64,000 nucleotides of DNA from Raillietiella orientalis (lineage: Eukaryota): the NCBI GenBank assembly GCA_036172245.1, contig JAYWIR010000011.1, forward strand, positions 2,232,001 through 2,296,000, written 5' to 3'. The translations under genes and the position numbers were made by a program. The notes beneath the pieces are model-generated. The model was given only the letters and a program-made list of their open reading frames with translations, made no database searches and was not told the origin of the DNA. This document shows, in pieces, positions 51,374 to 62,620 of this stretch. Every line of letters starts with the position of its first letter. The stretch's first letter is position 1.

Positions 51374-53769
51374 TCAGGAACAGTTTCTAAAGCAGCCTAT
51401 CGACAGGCTTTTCCTATTGGGGTGAAAACACTGGTAATAAACTAGCATACATGCGATTCCCGAGAAAAACAAACAGTAATGCATTGCAAATACCAGTTGG
51501 TGCAACCAAAGCTTATCGGAGACCCTTACAAACCACAGTAAGATGAGAAGGGTGTTCTCTACCAACATCACACCATAATAGGTGACGTAACGAATGCGAG
51601 TGCGGGTGTCCTTTACGTTGAAGTAACAGAAAATGTAGGCAAATCCCACGACAGCATCGAAGAACAACTCCTCGACTCGAGAACTGCAAGCAGCCGTTTT
51701 CTGTACCATCAACCATGCTGTCATGAGTGTCCAGTGAGCTGTTAGCACTACAAAAATCCAATAGCCGTAAGTGGATGCAAAGAGTGCAAGCGTCTGAACA
51801 CGTGAGGCTGAAATTCACAAAAACATGTTAGCTGCAAATTTCAGGGACGTAGAAAAAAAGACCGCGTGCACTTCCGACAACGGAAACGGCCAAACATCTA
51901 CAGCAACCAGTACATAATTACGCAGACGGTGATACATAGCAAGTAGAAGTAAGGTATCCGGACGAAAACTGAGATTTCACTTCGGGAATAATTACATCCC
52001 GTACGTTCAAGTCTTGGGAGAATGATGCCGGCAAGGATCGGCGAAACAAGAAAAAAAAAATTCTGGCAATCATGCACCACCTTTAACCTGGCTTTCTTGC
52101 TGCAATGAGATGGAAAGCACGTGCAATGCAGGTGATGGGAAAGTAAAATAAAAAAACAAAAACAAAAACACGCAAAATGCTGTTTCGTCTTGATTTGCTC
52201 TGACACCGTTTCCATTTAAAAACAAAACTTCACTTTCCAAACAACTTAAATGGCACCATGACGTGCAGATTATGACAATTGATATGATTTTCATCCCAAT
52301 GATTTCAAAGTGTTTCGTCTCGGATGTCATTACATGGCAATTTACACTTTAAAATGTGAAGTCAAATGTGCTTTTATAGTAACACTGCATTTCACAATGC
52401 TTTTCTCCAAGCACACAAGAAACAAACAAACAGTGCATAGATCAGGGGATTCTCTAGGAATTAAAAAGTATCATAAAAGAGGCTTCCTGTGACTTCTCAA
52501 CTTTCCAATGAAATTCAAAGGAAACCATATAATAACAGAATTCGCATCATAAAAAAGGAAGGTATTATCCATGACAAAACATGCAATTCAACAACACGGG
52601 CCAAATCAAATATTTTTCAGAAAAATCCCCGAATACATAAATGGTATGCGAATAGTTAAATGTCAATAGATTGATGCCTGTTTGAATCTTTAGGTCTCTG
52701 TCCTTATTTCTATATTTACCTAAGGTGAGGAAATGCCAAATAGTCTGGATGACTAATCCACAGATGGAAATATTCCGTTTTCTTTGATCACAAAACCGAT
52801 TAGCTCTCTGATAGGAAGTTTGTGACCATGATAAACTAACCAAAGAACTAAGTATAGCTAGGATTTTCAGACAAACTGAAAAAAAATTAAACCTTGATCA
52901 AAAAGTATTTGGAATTCTAAATCACAGCAACTTTTTTTTTACCTACTATGTTTTCTGATGACTTGAATAAATCAGGTGATTCCCCAAGCAAAAAATGTAA
53001 CTGGATCAACAGCTGTGGGGCAGATTCCATAAAGCTCTCAAATAATCGCAGAAGAGCTGCATCAGCATCTTCAAATACCATCAAGCTATAATAGTGAAAT
53101 CTAACTTGTGGATCCACACTTTGGTAACACTTCACTGCATATACCAAGGAATCTACATATCTGTTTGAAAAACATTACAGAGTTCAAAAAGAAATTCTAT
53201 ACCTAGCTGAAAATTATTATTATATCACTGGAAAAAAAAAATCATCTATTACAACTACTAACCCACCTTAAAACTGGTCCCAACTGCAAAATCAGTAAAC
53301 AGATCCTCAGAATCCATTTTTGAAGGGAAACTACAGGTAACATGGGATTTCCTGTATCATTAATGTACCTAAAATTGTTGGGTACATCGTTAGATACCTG
53401 CATCAACAATGAATCAGATTCTGGAATCAAATTCCATTGCTCACGACAAAGTTAACTTCAAATTTGTTTTCAAAATTCTACATGTGCATTTCGGAAATAA
53501 CATGCATTTGCTCACCATCGTAAACTAACAAGGGTCATCACAATTGAAGGAACCACAACAAACATCAAAGTCAGACTGAAATACCACATTTGATTTTTGG
53601 AATAATAATAATATGCTATAAACAAATCCATGAAGATATCGAAAACGTAGCTACAAATTGAGAACACAAGAACACAAACATCCAAAGCTCCAACATGTAA
53701 AGTGTTTGGGATTGCATCCACATTATCATTTTGTATCATGGGATTATCGGATGGATTTTCTTGATCCAT
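51374..53769 (-). CDS. Xkr: XK-related protein (Xkr phospholipid scramblase family), 5 exons, 387 aa
   Basis: Exons 53769-53516, 53368-53267, 53160-52943, 52875-52720 and 51807-51374 total 1164 nt, phase-consistent and GT..AG. Motifs SYVFDIFMDL, QLGPVLRYVDSL, EDADAALLRLFESFMESAPQL, YIFCYFNVKDTRTR and YYQCFHP. Confidence 0.95.
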
Positions 53770-53879
53770 TCCGACCGGCACTTAAACGTGGATGCATTGA
53801 ACTGAAGAGTGGTCGGAAATGTGGGAAAACACGATCACTTCAATCCACTGAAGGCACTCTTTCTACATGTTGGACTGAT

Positions 53880-54820
53880 CGATGCACCACGGCTTCAGGG
53901 CTTCCATAAAGGCTGTTGTTGACCGTCGTCACGCGGACACGTCGTCCGCATGTCGCCCGCTTCCATCGGCTTCACGGGCAAATCTGGTAGGACCCCAGTT
54001 GGGCTCATCACGTTTTGCACACACTCCGGCAGGTCCCAAGCTTTCATCATGCACCGAAGCCGAAGAGCGTCCACCCACCGTGGCAGCAACAACCCCCGAG
54101 GGCCACTTGCCGACGAAGAGGAAGCGCGCAGCCCCCGGCTTGGTGGCCATCTGCTTAGGAGTGACCACCGGTTGCAGGTCCCGCCGCAAAGAAGCGAGCC
54201 CGCAGGCAACACCCAGCAACCCTCTCCTCGAATTCCGCCTTCTTCTTTCACTTGTTCCTGGCCAACCACGGAGCTCACCACCACACGCCAAGTTGCACCG
54301 GGAGCCCCGTGTTTTTGACGCGGTCGGCGGCAACACCCGAAACTCCGGGTCAACTTCCCCCCCCTTCCCGCCCTCCCGAACAGAGGCAGCTCGGGAAAAA
54401 ATCTCCCAAGATCCGTGGGCTAAAGAATCGAAACACCGCCGGACCGATTTGAAAACACGGAACGGTACCACCATGGGCCAGTGAAAGAACAGCAAGAAAT
54501 GGAAACAGACGTGAACTGCATTGGTGCGGCAGAAGTTGTTGCTGCACTTTGCATTCTTCGGTGCAGCGTTCAGCCACGCTTTTTCCGGCTTCCCGACTAC
54601 ACGGGAATTTGTTTGTTCCTAGCTGGAGGAGATTGTGATTGATAAGTCGGGGATTCCCGATGTCGAGCTTGGTTTTGTTTAACGCGTCTCGCACTGAAGT
54701 TCCGAGGGAAGATGAGTAGCACGGATGCTGCGCCTTCCACCTAGGACGAGGCACAATATGGGGAGCGGACTCTTGAGCGGGAGAGGGAGAGACAGAGCGA
54801 GGCAACGACTGCATATTTGG
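53880..54820. promoter_or_regulatory. CpG-rich island upstream of Xkr (promoter/5' UTR)
   Basis: GC/CpG-rich block immediately 5' of the Xkr start codon, contrasting with the CpG-poor gene body. Confidence 0.5.
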
Positions 54821-57463
54821 TTTTAGAAAAGGGAGCCTAATGAGCTTTCCGGAACAGATAATGGTTATGAAATGCTCCGAGGCGCATGCAGAGGAAGATA
54901 TTCACGAGAGGCAGAGGATTACGGACCACTGGACCCTGGAATTTTTCAGTCAGCAGATTTCCAATTCAGGTATTTGAAAATTATGGTGTGAAACTGTTAA
55001 TTGTTTGAAAGCTAACCGGCGAAATACCGGCAATTTTTTTCTTGCAATCATTTTCGCTTTGGCCTGCCAGTTTGAAGCCTTCTGGGAAATAAAACCCGAA
55101 GATCTAACCGCGCCCACTGAAGAGTATCAAAACTGTCGTCTGCGGTGCATGGCGACAATTAAGGGCGGAATTTTAGTAAGATCCGGGCATGCAGATTCCC
55201 TATCCAATAACTGTGTTTTTCTGAAATCCATCTTTTCATCTTTAGTATTCAAATTAAAGTTTGCTTTTTTTTTTTTAAAAAAAAAAAAGGAAAAAAAAAA
55301 CGAGTTTTGATGTACGGTATCTTACGTGCACTTTCCTCTTGCAACTTTCTGTTCAAGAAAAGACATGGGAAAGATGAAGATAAGCGTCCCTTCTCCATCT
55401 TGTCCCCACATAACTGTATAGGTAACGATATAGCCATATGAAAGGGACTTGAAAAAACAGATCAGGGTACTCCTGCTAAGAGAGAATGATTAATCCACTC
55501 CATCGAGGATGGGTGGTCTAAAACATTTGTTTGATCACAGGAAAGCATTACTGATGCTGCAGCTGGACTATGTGGACGTGCTAAGAGACTTTGCATCTGT
55601 TTTCACAAGAACCATCTTCCAAATGGCAGTAGGCGTCAATAGAATAATGCAATTATTAAAAGTCACACGAAGCAATGTGATCCTATAGGTGCATAACTCA
55701 AATGTATGTACATTTCCGAAAACGTTTTCACCCTCCAATGGTGAGCATAATGAAAAGCAAATGAACTTCACTCATTGAATTTTCAATTTGCTACTGGAAT
55801 TCCTCTAACTGAGCTACGGCGTTGAGGATTCAGATCTGTTCAAATGCTGTTTCGACTTGTTTTTAACAGAAAACGTGTGAGGATGCTTGCACCGTCACTT
55901 GTTGATTCAGAATGTTCGATATTCAAAATGATGGATGGAAGGCTTTGCGGGTATGGACCTACTCTCGTACTGCTGCTTCCGATCAACAGCAGCAGGATTT
56001 TCTTTTCCCCCAAATATGTGAGAACAGAGTGGTTGCTTTCGTTTCTGCCAGGCAGAAGAATTCCGATCTCCGAGAATTTCTTTCACGAAGTTTCACGAGA
56101 TGCACGTTCTTTCCCACGATTCCTCCTTGGTACCCATAAATGAGAATTCCAAGATCCTTCCGAAAGGTAAGTAGTTTCAAGGAAAGCTACTCCGTCTATG
56201 CAATGAAAGACATCACAGAACAACCGCGACTGTTTACGACTCGCAGCTCCTATTTGCAATCTTTGTGAATGAAATAAGCAAAACTGCAAAGACGAGGTTA
56301 CCGCGTGATTTCCTGTCTGTTTGATTCATATTTTTGAAGATGCACTTAAGCCAAGCATCTTCTAAAACGTGAAAATCAGTGCTGAAAACACCTAAAAGAA
56401 GAAATCAACACTTCTCTGGAGGGGAATAAACAAGGAGGGCCTTTCCTCGTCCTGCTTGTATCATGTATGGGGCACAGCGAGTTTATGAGAAGCAATAAAT
56501 CCCTTTGCAGATTCCTCTTTGCCGAGTGTCTTGTAAACTTCTCTTGTTGGATAGCAAGAAGCAGTCGGTTCCCGTTATGGGAGATACATTTAATCTCCCA
56601 GTTACAGCACGAATCGTAAAAAGGCATGGAAACTGAATAAGCATTTACTTGTAATAACAAGCATCGCAGTAAGCATTTTACTCGTGACCCTCCATGCCTG
56701 TAGGAGGCGTTTTTTCCTCGAGTTGGGCCTCTCGAATTCGCTTCTCCTATCTTCAAGAAGCTTTTCTTCCTCGTCGTTTCCCCCCCTTTTTGAACGGACC
56801 AGAAATGCATTTCTCCTCGAAGGGCTGATAAGAATGGTAGTCAATGCGAAGACCATTGCAGCGGAGCACCCCTTCAATGGGTACCGAAGTGACCGAATTG
56901 GCACACGTCATTTTGAGGGAAAGGGAAGCGCGGGGTCATGCTAAAGAACACTCCGCCCGTCCGGATTGACCGTAGATGATCCGAAACCTTCGGCCATAGT
57001 TCACCGTTTGCCAATTGCACTCTGGTGTAGTATGAATCCTACTGTACTGTAGACCCCCGTACAACGACGATTCGTACAACGCGACCGAAAAATGGAGACA
57101 ACTCTCTTATAACGCAGCAAATCAGCCAGCCCGTAGGACGCTGTGGATAATTTTAGTTTTGCAGTAAAAGTCAAGTTCGTATACTTTTTTGAAAAGAATG
57201 GAAGCTCATTATCAAAGTGGGCTCAACTCCAATTCATTCACATTTTCGTGAATGAAATAGCTCCTGAAAGTACGTTTTTCAACAACGAGAGGGATGGCCA
57301 AAGTCTACAAGAAAATCGTTTGAACTGATTAAGTAGCAACGAAATTCTGAAAGCTTCTCTTTTTTCTTATACTCTAATTTGAAGAATACACGAACACATC
57401 TATTTTTTGTTTTGAAGTGTACCTCATTATCCAACACTGCAGCCCTAACCTATGCAATTAACG

Positions 57464-57524
57464 AGTAATGTGCCTCAAAAAAGGGATTTCTTCGATAAAG
57501 AAAATATGTCATGCACCATTGCTA
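57464..57524 (+). tRNA. trnI: Mitochondrial tRNA-Ile(GAU) copy within the NUMT (presumed non-functional)
   Basis: Acceptor stem AGTAATG/CATTGCT, anticodon stem TTTCT/AGAAA with loop TCGATAA; short T-arm region. Confidence 0.8.
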
Positions 57525-57534
57525 AACAATTAAA

Positions 57535-57594
57535 TCAAAGATAAGCTAAGTAAGCTGATGGGCCCATACCCCATTCGTGATTCGTCTCTTTGAT
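57535..57594 (+). tRNA. trnM: Mitochondrial tRNA-Met(CAU) copy within the NUMT (presumed non-functional)
   Basis: Acceptor stem TCAAAGA/TCTTTGA, D-arm AAGCTAAGTAAGCT, anticodon stem ATGGG/CCCAT with loop CCCATAC. Confidence 0.9.
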
Positions 57595-57600
57595 CCACCT

Positions 57601-57950
57601 ATTCTTCCTCCCTCAGCTTTACTTGTTTTACCTCTAATCTTTTTAAGAACATTAATTAAACCTTCCACCAATAATTGACTAATAATCTGGCTTAGCTTAG
57701 AAATCAACACAATTTCTATGTTTTCCATCATCTCAACCCTACCCATTCTATTTTCAACACATTCCACGTTAAAATACTTTCTTATTCAAGCATCTTCATC
57801 ATTACTTTTCCTATTCATTTGTATCATTTTCAATTCCTTCCCCTCTATTCCACCATTCTCCAACCATTTCACTAATCATACTCCTAAAACCAGGCATAAT
57901 GCCTTTCCATTACTGACTATTACCGATCATCAACATCATTCCTCATGCTC
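57601..57950 (+). pseudogene. nad2: NADH dehydrogenase subunit 2, 5' fragment, frameshifted
   Basis: In the invertebrate mitochondrial code: NNWLMIWLSLEINT..TLKYFLIQASSSLLFL, then after a frameshift near 57865 LLKPGMMPFHYWLL. TGA occurs at conserved Trp positions. Confidence 0.92.
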
Positions 57951-59399
57951 TCCTTGCTGCGACGTCTTGCGTACATTTGAAATCTTCTACTGATGCCATC
58001 CATCTACAACTCATAGGGCTCGTATAACGCGGAACGTATCGCCCGCGTTATACGGGGGCCTACTGCCCTACGGAATCGTAATAAGCACACGTGAAACATA
58101 ATGAACGGTGTAATGGCAGTGCTTATTGATGATCACGTAAAGTTGGATAATTCTCGCAAGCGTTTTTCATCAAGCGTAGATCGCCAATGTTTGCAAACAT
58201 TACAAGCCAAATTTTGCTAATGAGGGATTTCCATATATACCCCACCATCGCGTGATTCTTGGATTTCCGCTCATTCTAAAACACGGAAAAGCCTTCTTGA
58301 GTTATGCTTTCCAATGGTCAGAATCGCTTTTTCATTTTCCAGTTCACGTCTTCCGTTGAACAATCGGATTTCCTTTCGCCGTGCACTGATGGATGCTTTT
58401 TCTTTGGTCTTTTCACGTTCTCTGGATCCTTTTGTTTCGTTTTGTTCGTTCAGAGCTTCAGCATTCTTCGCACTCTTTGTGCGTGAGAGATGCATTTTTC
58501 TATCTCATTGCAACTGTTTTTCATGGACATTTCGAGTGGTTGCCTTGTTTTTGCAGATGGCATCGATTGCTCTGCAGCCTTAATCGCTGAAAATGTCCTT
58601 CAGAGGATTTGCTTTCTGCAAGAACACCAACAGACACCTTTGCATTGGCACGAGAAGCTGGAGAATATCAAATGAAATGAAAGCTTCTGAGCTGTGCCGC
58701 AAGTGTGATTGCGTTGATCCTCTGACCGACGTGATTCCAGGAGGGAACTGCTCCATAGAGATCCACCTTGTTTTTTTCGATACTCATCTCCTGTAGATGA
58801 ATTCTCATTCTGGAGAAGACCAAGTCAAAAAGCCCCACAAAACGGACCGTTACGTTGAAAAGCTGATACCAGTTGTAACGAGGAGAGCTGCAGCACAACC
58901 AAGTCCAAAAACCCCCGAACGCCAAACCTGCAGAAAGCACCGACATTACCTGGGAAGATGATGTGGAAAAAACCACAGCTATATCTACGAGTCGTGCTTA
59001 CCATGAGCAGTCCCTATGAGCAGCCATTCCAAACCAAGGAATGGGAAGGACCATGTGACTGGCAAGCTATTCTGGATGTATGTGCGGAGAGTCCGAATTC
59101 ACATGATTCGTCTTTTTCGCAGAGGCTCGCTTTCGTCTGCGTAGCCGGGGGCGCAAAGTCACCCCGATCCGCGCGTGGACCACAGAATCATCAGGTTATT
59201 TCCTGAAGAGAGGCACTCAATTCGTATCGCTGCCTTTGTGCAAGCAAGAGTTGACCTATTTTCAAGGAAGTCGTGCCTCGGCGACAAAACCTGCAGCGGC
59301 AGTGCTTCCGGATAGAATCGCGTGGACGAGGAGCGCCCTTTTCCTTTTTGACCTCCGCTTTCCAAACCGAGAGCAGATTGTCTTTTTGAGCTCACACTT

Positions 59400-61466
59400 C
59401 CATGAAAACCTATTTCCAAGAAATACGGACGATTCCCCAGCATGCCTACACTCGAAATCAGTGGAATATTGTAGACCTTGTCTTTCCTTTACCAAACCAG
59501 GAAAGCAGTGACTTGGAAAAAAAGGAAAAAGTACTCGATGAACTCGCCAGTGAAGCATCGTCTTCCAGCACGAACACTTCGTATACTGTATTCACCTACA
59601 TGCGATTTATGTACCATGTGCAGTAGACTGTATTCGACATGCATGCGACTCTGGAGCTGCCGTAAAAAAACTTCCAGTCACATGTTCCCGGCATGCACAT
59701 TTTTCGCCTCGGAAGAAGGAAGGACTGAACGGAAGACACTTTTCTTTGCTGCTTCCTCCTACATGCAGTCCACAGATTGCGAAGTGTTTTGATGAATGCA
59801 CCTCCGTGCTTCTTAAAATTCAGCTTTGCATTTGTCTATCTTCAGATGGACGGAAGACCCTGCGTTTCACTCAGATTACGCATGCCTTCCTCTTTTCATC
59901 CATTTAGACCTGAGGATGGATGGCTGCTTTTATAGTTTAGCAGGTGATGTGTAAATTAACCTCGCATTTCTTAAAATTGCACTTCCGGAATCGATTTTCA
60001 CACAAGGTTACATTCCTTATGTGAGACAATATCGTTATGAAGTGAGATGCAGCTTCAAAAAGAAAAAAAAATGGATATTCAGCCGCCGTCCTATTTTTTC
60101 AGGTATGTAATGTTCGACTTCACTGCTTAATTACTTCTTGTGATTAGCAATGTGCCGTGTCCCTCTAAACGGACTCCTCTGCATAGTTGACCTCAACAAG
60201 CAGCTGATGGTCGAGCACATGATAAATTATTCATGCAAAATGTTGCTTCAGGAGACTTTTTTAAAGGTGCTGCATGGTTTTCTAGGCGATGAATTTTTAA
60301 ATAAGAAGTACTTGTATTTACCCCGTTTATATCCTTGTGGATATAGCGTCTATACGTACATTCACGCATGTGTACCTGCGTATGTACGTTCCCATGCTAT
60401 GCATCCCCACTTGCTTCAGGCAGTTTGCGAGGCTCATGAGACTCATGGATGAGGCTCAGGTTCGTTTTCAATACGCGCGGCTGTGTGCCACTCTAAACCG
60501 AAAATATACCAAACGCGACAGGGAAGCCCGGATAAAAGTGTGCTACCACACCACAAATATGCAGAGGACTTTAAAAAAGGAGAATAAGGTCCCCTGATTC
60601 TCCTTTTTCCCCTATGTCATAGCTTCAGGAGATGTGAATTTCCACCCCATTTCTACCGCAGTGCCCTAAATCAACGTACGGATTCAGCTGAAACATTCAT
60701 CAAAGCGTATCACTGAGGCGTTCGTTTATTCCAAGGAGCTTTGGTAAAAGGGAAACTTTTGAGATCTAGTGGAAAATTTCTGTTATTCCCTAGAAGAATT
60801 CTTTACAAGCCATTTTGAAAATTAATTTGTGGATAGAAACTGACTCCACTAATGTTTTAAAAATTCAGTTTCCCAATTAATTCTCCCATTTTTATGCTCA
60901 CGTGTTTATCCCATCTGAATTTTTTTATATCTGTTCCCCAAAACATGCGGGAGTTACGCCAAGGCATTGAAGTTTTCAGTAATGTTCCCGAATACGCAAT
61001 GTTCGGTTATGCGCCTCTGATTTAAGACGTCATTCCAGAATCTAGATAGATGGAGTTCTGAGTTCTTGAAAAGACGTCTGCTGTTACGTGTACAGATGTT
61101 CTTCTTCGCAAGCTTTAAAACATGAAGATACGAGACCAGCAGGACCACCTAAATCCACCTCCCATCCCGAAAAAGCCTTGATAATGGCATAGTGAATTGG
61201 GAATATTTATTATCGATGACTTGAATTTCTAGATTTTCCCGATCTCCTGGTCTTTGTATGTTTTTTTCCTCTTCGTTAACACATTGCAAGCATGTGAATT
61301 GTCCGCAAAGTTGACTGAAGTCCCTAATTACGATCGACCAGGGATTCAAGAACCGGCATTCCTTTCCAGAGAAGACACTGGTGAAGAACTGAGCTCTCTG
61401 AAAGACTTCAGGGTCCACAACAAGGTTCTGCCAGATATCATGGCTTTGATACATCCCAGGAAATGA
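59400..61466 (+). other. Series of exon-like segments of an unidentified gene or pseudogene
   Basis: Short coding-looking blocks with plausible splice sites (DLNKQLMVEHMINYSCKMLLQETFLK ~60189-60266; FARLMRLMDEAQ ~60424-60459; CELSAKLTEVPNYDRPGIQEPAFL..HPRK* ~61291-61466). They could not be joined or identified. Confidence 0.25.
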
Positions 61467-62379
61467 AACGACAGCAAATGTTTGCATAATCATGTTATGA
61501 CAGCACTGTATGTGTTTGTACGTGGTGTTGTATTAGATGAGAAAAGCTTCGTATTGCAGGATGTCTTGGATTACGCTGCACAAGGGGTATACCATGTTCT
61601 TATAGAGTGTAGGTATTGAGTTTGAACTAGCCTTTCTAAAATGCAGACTTGATCTAATAAATAGTTTGCAATATTGTCTTTTTTAGCACAAAGCCGATCA
61701 AAGCAGCATACATAAAAGAAGATTACTTCCTGGAAAGAAGACGCACCTTAGAGGCACTACTCATTAGTCATCATGACAGTTTCATGTTTTCAACACGGCT
61801 GCTTAGAATTGGGTATGTATTTTTCTTTAGAAAAAGGTTTGGAATGCTTTCATTTTATATTTTACTTCATTTTGGTTCAGTAAATCGTAGATGTTTATGC
61901 AGAAGCGAAACGTTTGTTGAGGCTAAGGTTTGCCTCGGTTTTACCTGAAAACTTTCTTGGGTACATGAGGATAATTTAGTTTACTTTTACATTAATTACA
62001 GCACCCAAAATTTCAGTCATCTGAACAGTACTCTGTGAATATGGAAACTGCAGTTAATCAAATCAGAAACTACCAGTTTATTCTTCCTTGAGACTTTTGA
62101 TCATACACTTGAATAACTTTCATTAAAAGAGCATTTCCATAAAAAATAGATTTAAGTACTGCTTCCGTGTTTTCAGTGAACAGTGTATTCACACATCGAC
62201 ATGAATATACGTGTATTGAACACAGCCGGTCTCAGGGAGTGTGTGTGTACTGCACAGAAAGACATCGCTTTTTTTTCTTATATAAGACCACTCGGTTTTC
62301 TTCGCAGATCCGAAAGTTCCATTGATCCACATCCGAAATTATCCATTTCGAACTGCAGCAAAGTGGCAGCTGGCCTTGC

Positions 62380-62620
62380 AAGCTGTGAAGTTCGTGAACG
62401 GAAAGAAGCCGAGGACGAGACTGCTTTTTTAGTACTGAGACTTCTGAGACTCGGCGCTGCCCAAGTCCAAAACGACTGATGGGCCGGCAAAACCGTGGCA
62501 ACGTTTGGTAAACGTCACCATGGCGAGCTGCGCGCGGTGGAAGGAGCCCGTCGAAAGCGGCTCACGAGAAAGCCATCTTGCGATGATCCAGTTGGAGTCA
62601 TCCATCCAGTTGTGATGATT
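62380..62620. promoter_or_regulatory. CpG-rich promoter-like island
   Basis: GC/CpG-rich block with a YY1-like GCCATCTT motif (~62572), flanked by AT-rich CpG-poor DNA; no gene assigned. Confidence 0.4.

Larger units (their letters stand above)
57421..57957 (+). pseudogene. Nuclear mitochondrial insertion (NUMT): trnI-trnM-5' nad2
   Basis: Two mitochondrial-type tRNAs followed by an ND2 reading frame. Boundaries were estimated by comparison with the MITE copy lacking the insert. Confidence 0.92.
57047..58065 (+). mobile_element. Tigger-like MITE with both TIRs, enclosing a NUMT
   Basis: Left end TA|CTGTAGACCCCCGTACAACG matches the reverse complement of the right end, CAGTAGGCCCCCGTATAACG, at 17/20. 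Subterminal TA(C/T)AACGCG repeats are present. The body is homologous to 21878-22305. The right flank reads CC, not TA. Confidence 0.85.

Noticed and set aside
55500..56900. Possible DNA-transposon (piggyBac-like) remnant
   Set aside because: Traces are too weak to assign, and no TIR or TTAA ends were found.
57421..57957. True mitochondrial contig misassembled into the scaffold
   Set aside because: nad2 is frameshifted and truncated, and the insert interrupts a nuclear repeat at a defined point. This fits an aged NUMT better, though read support was not checkable.
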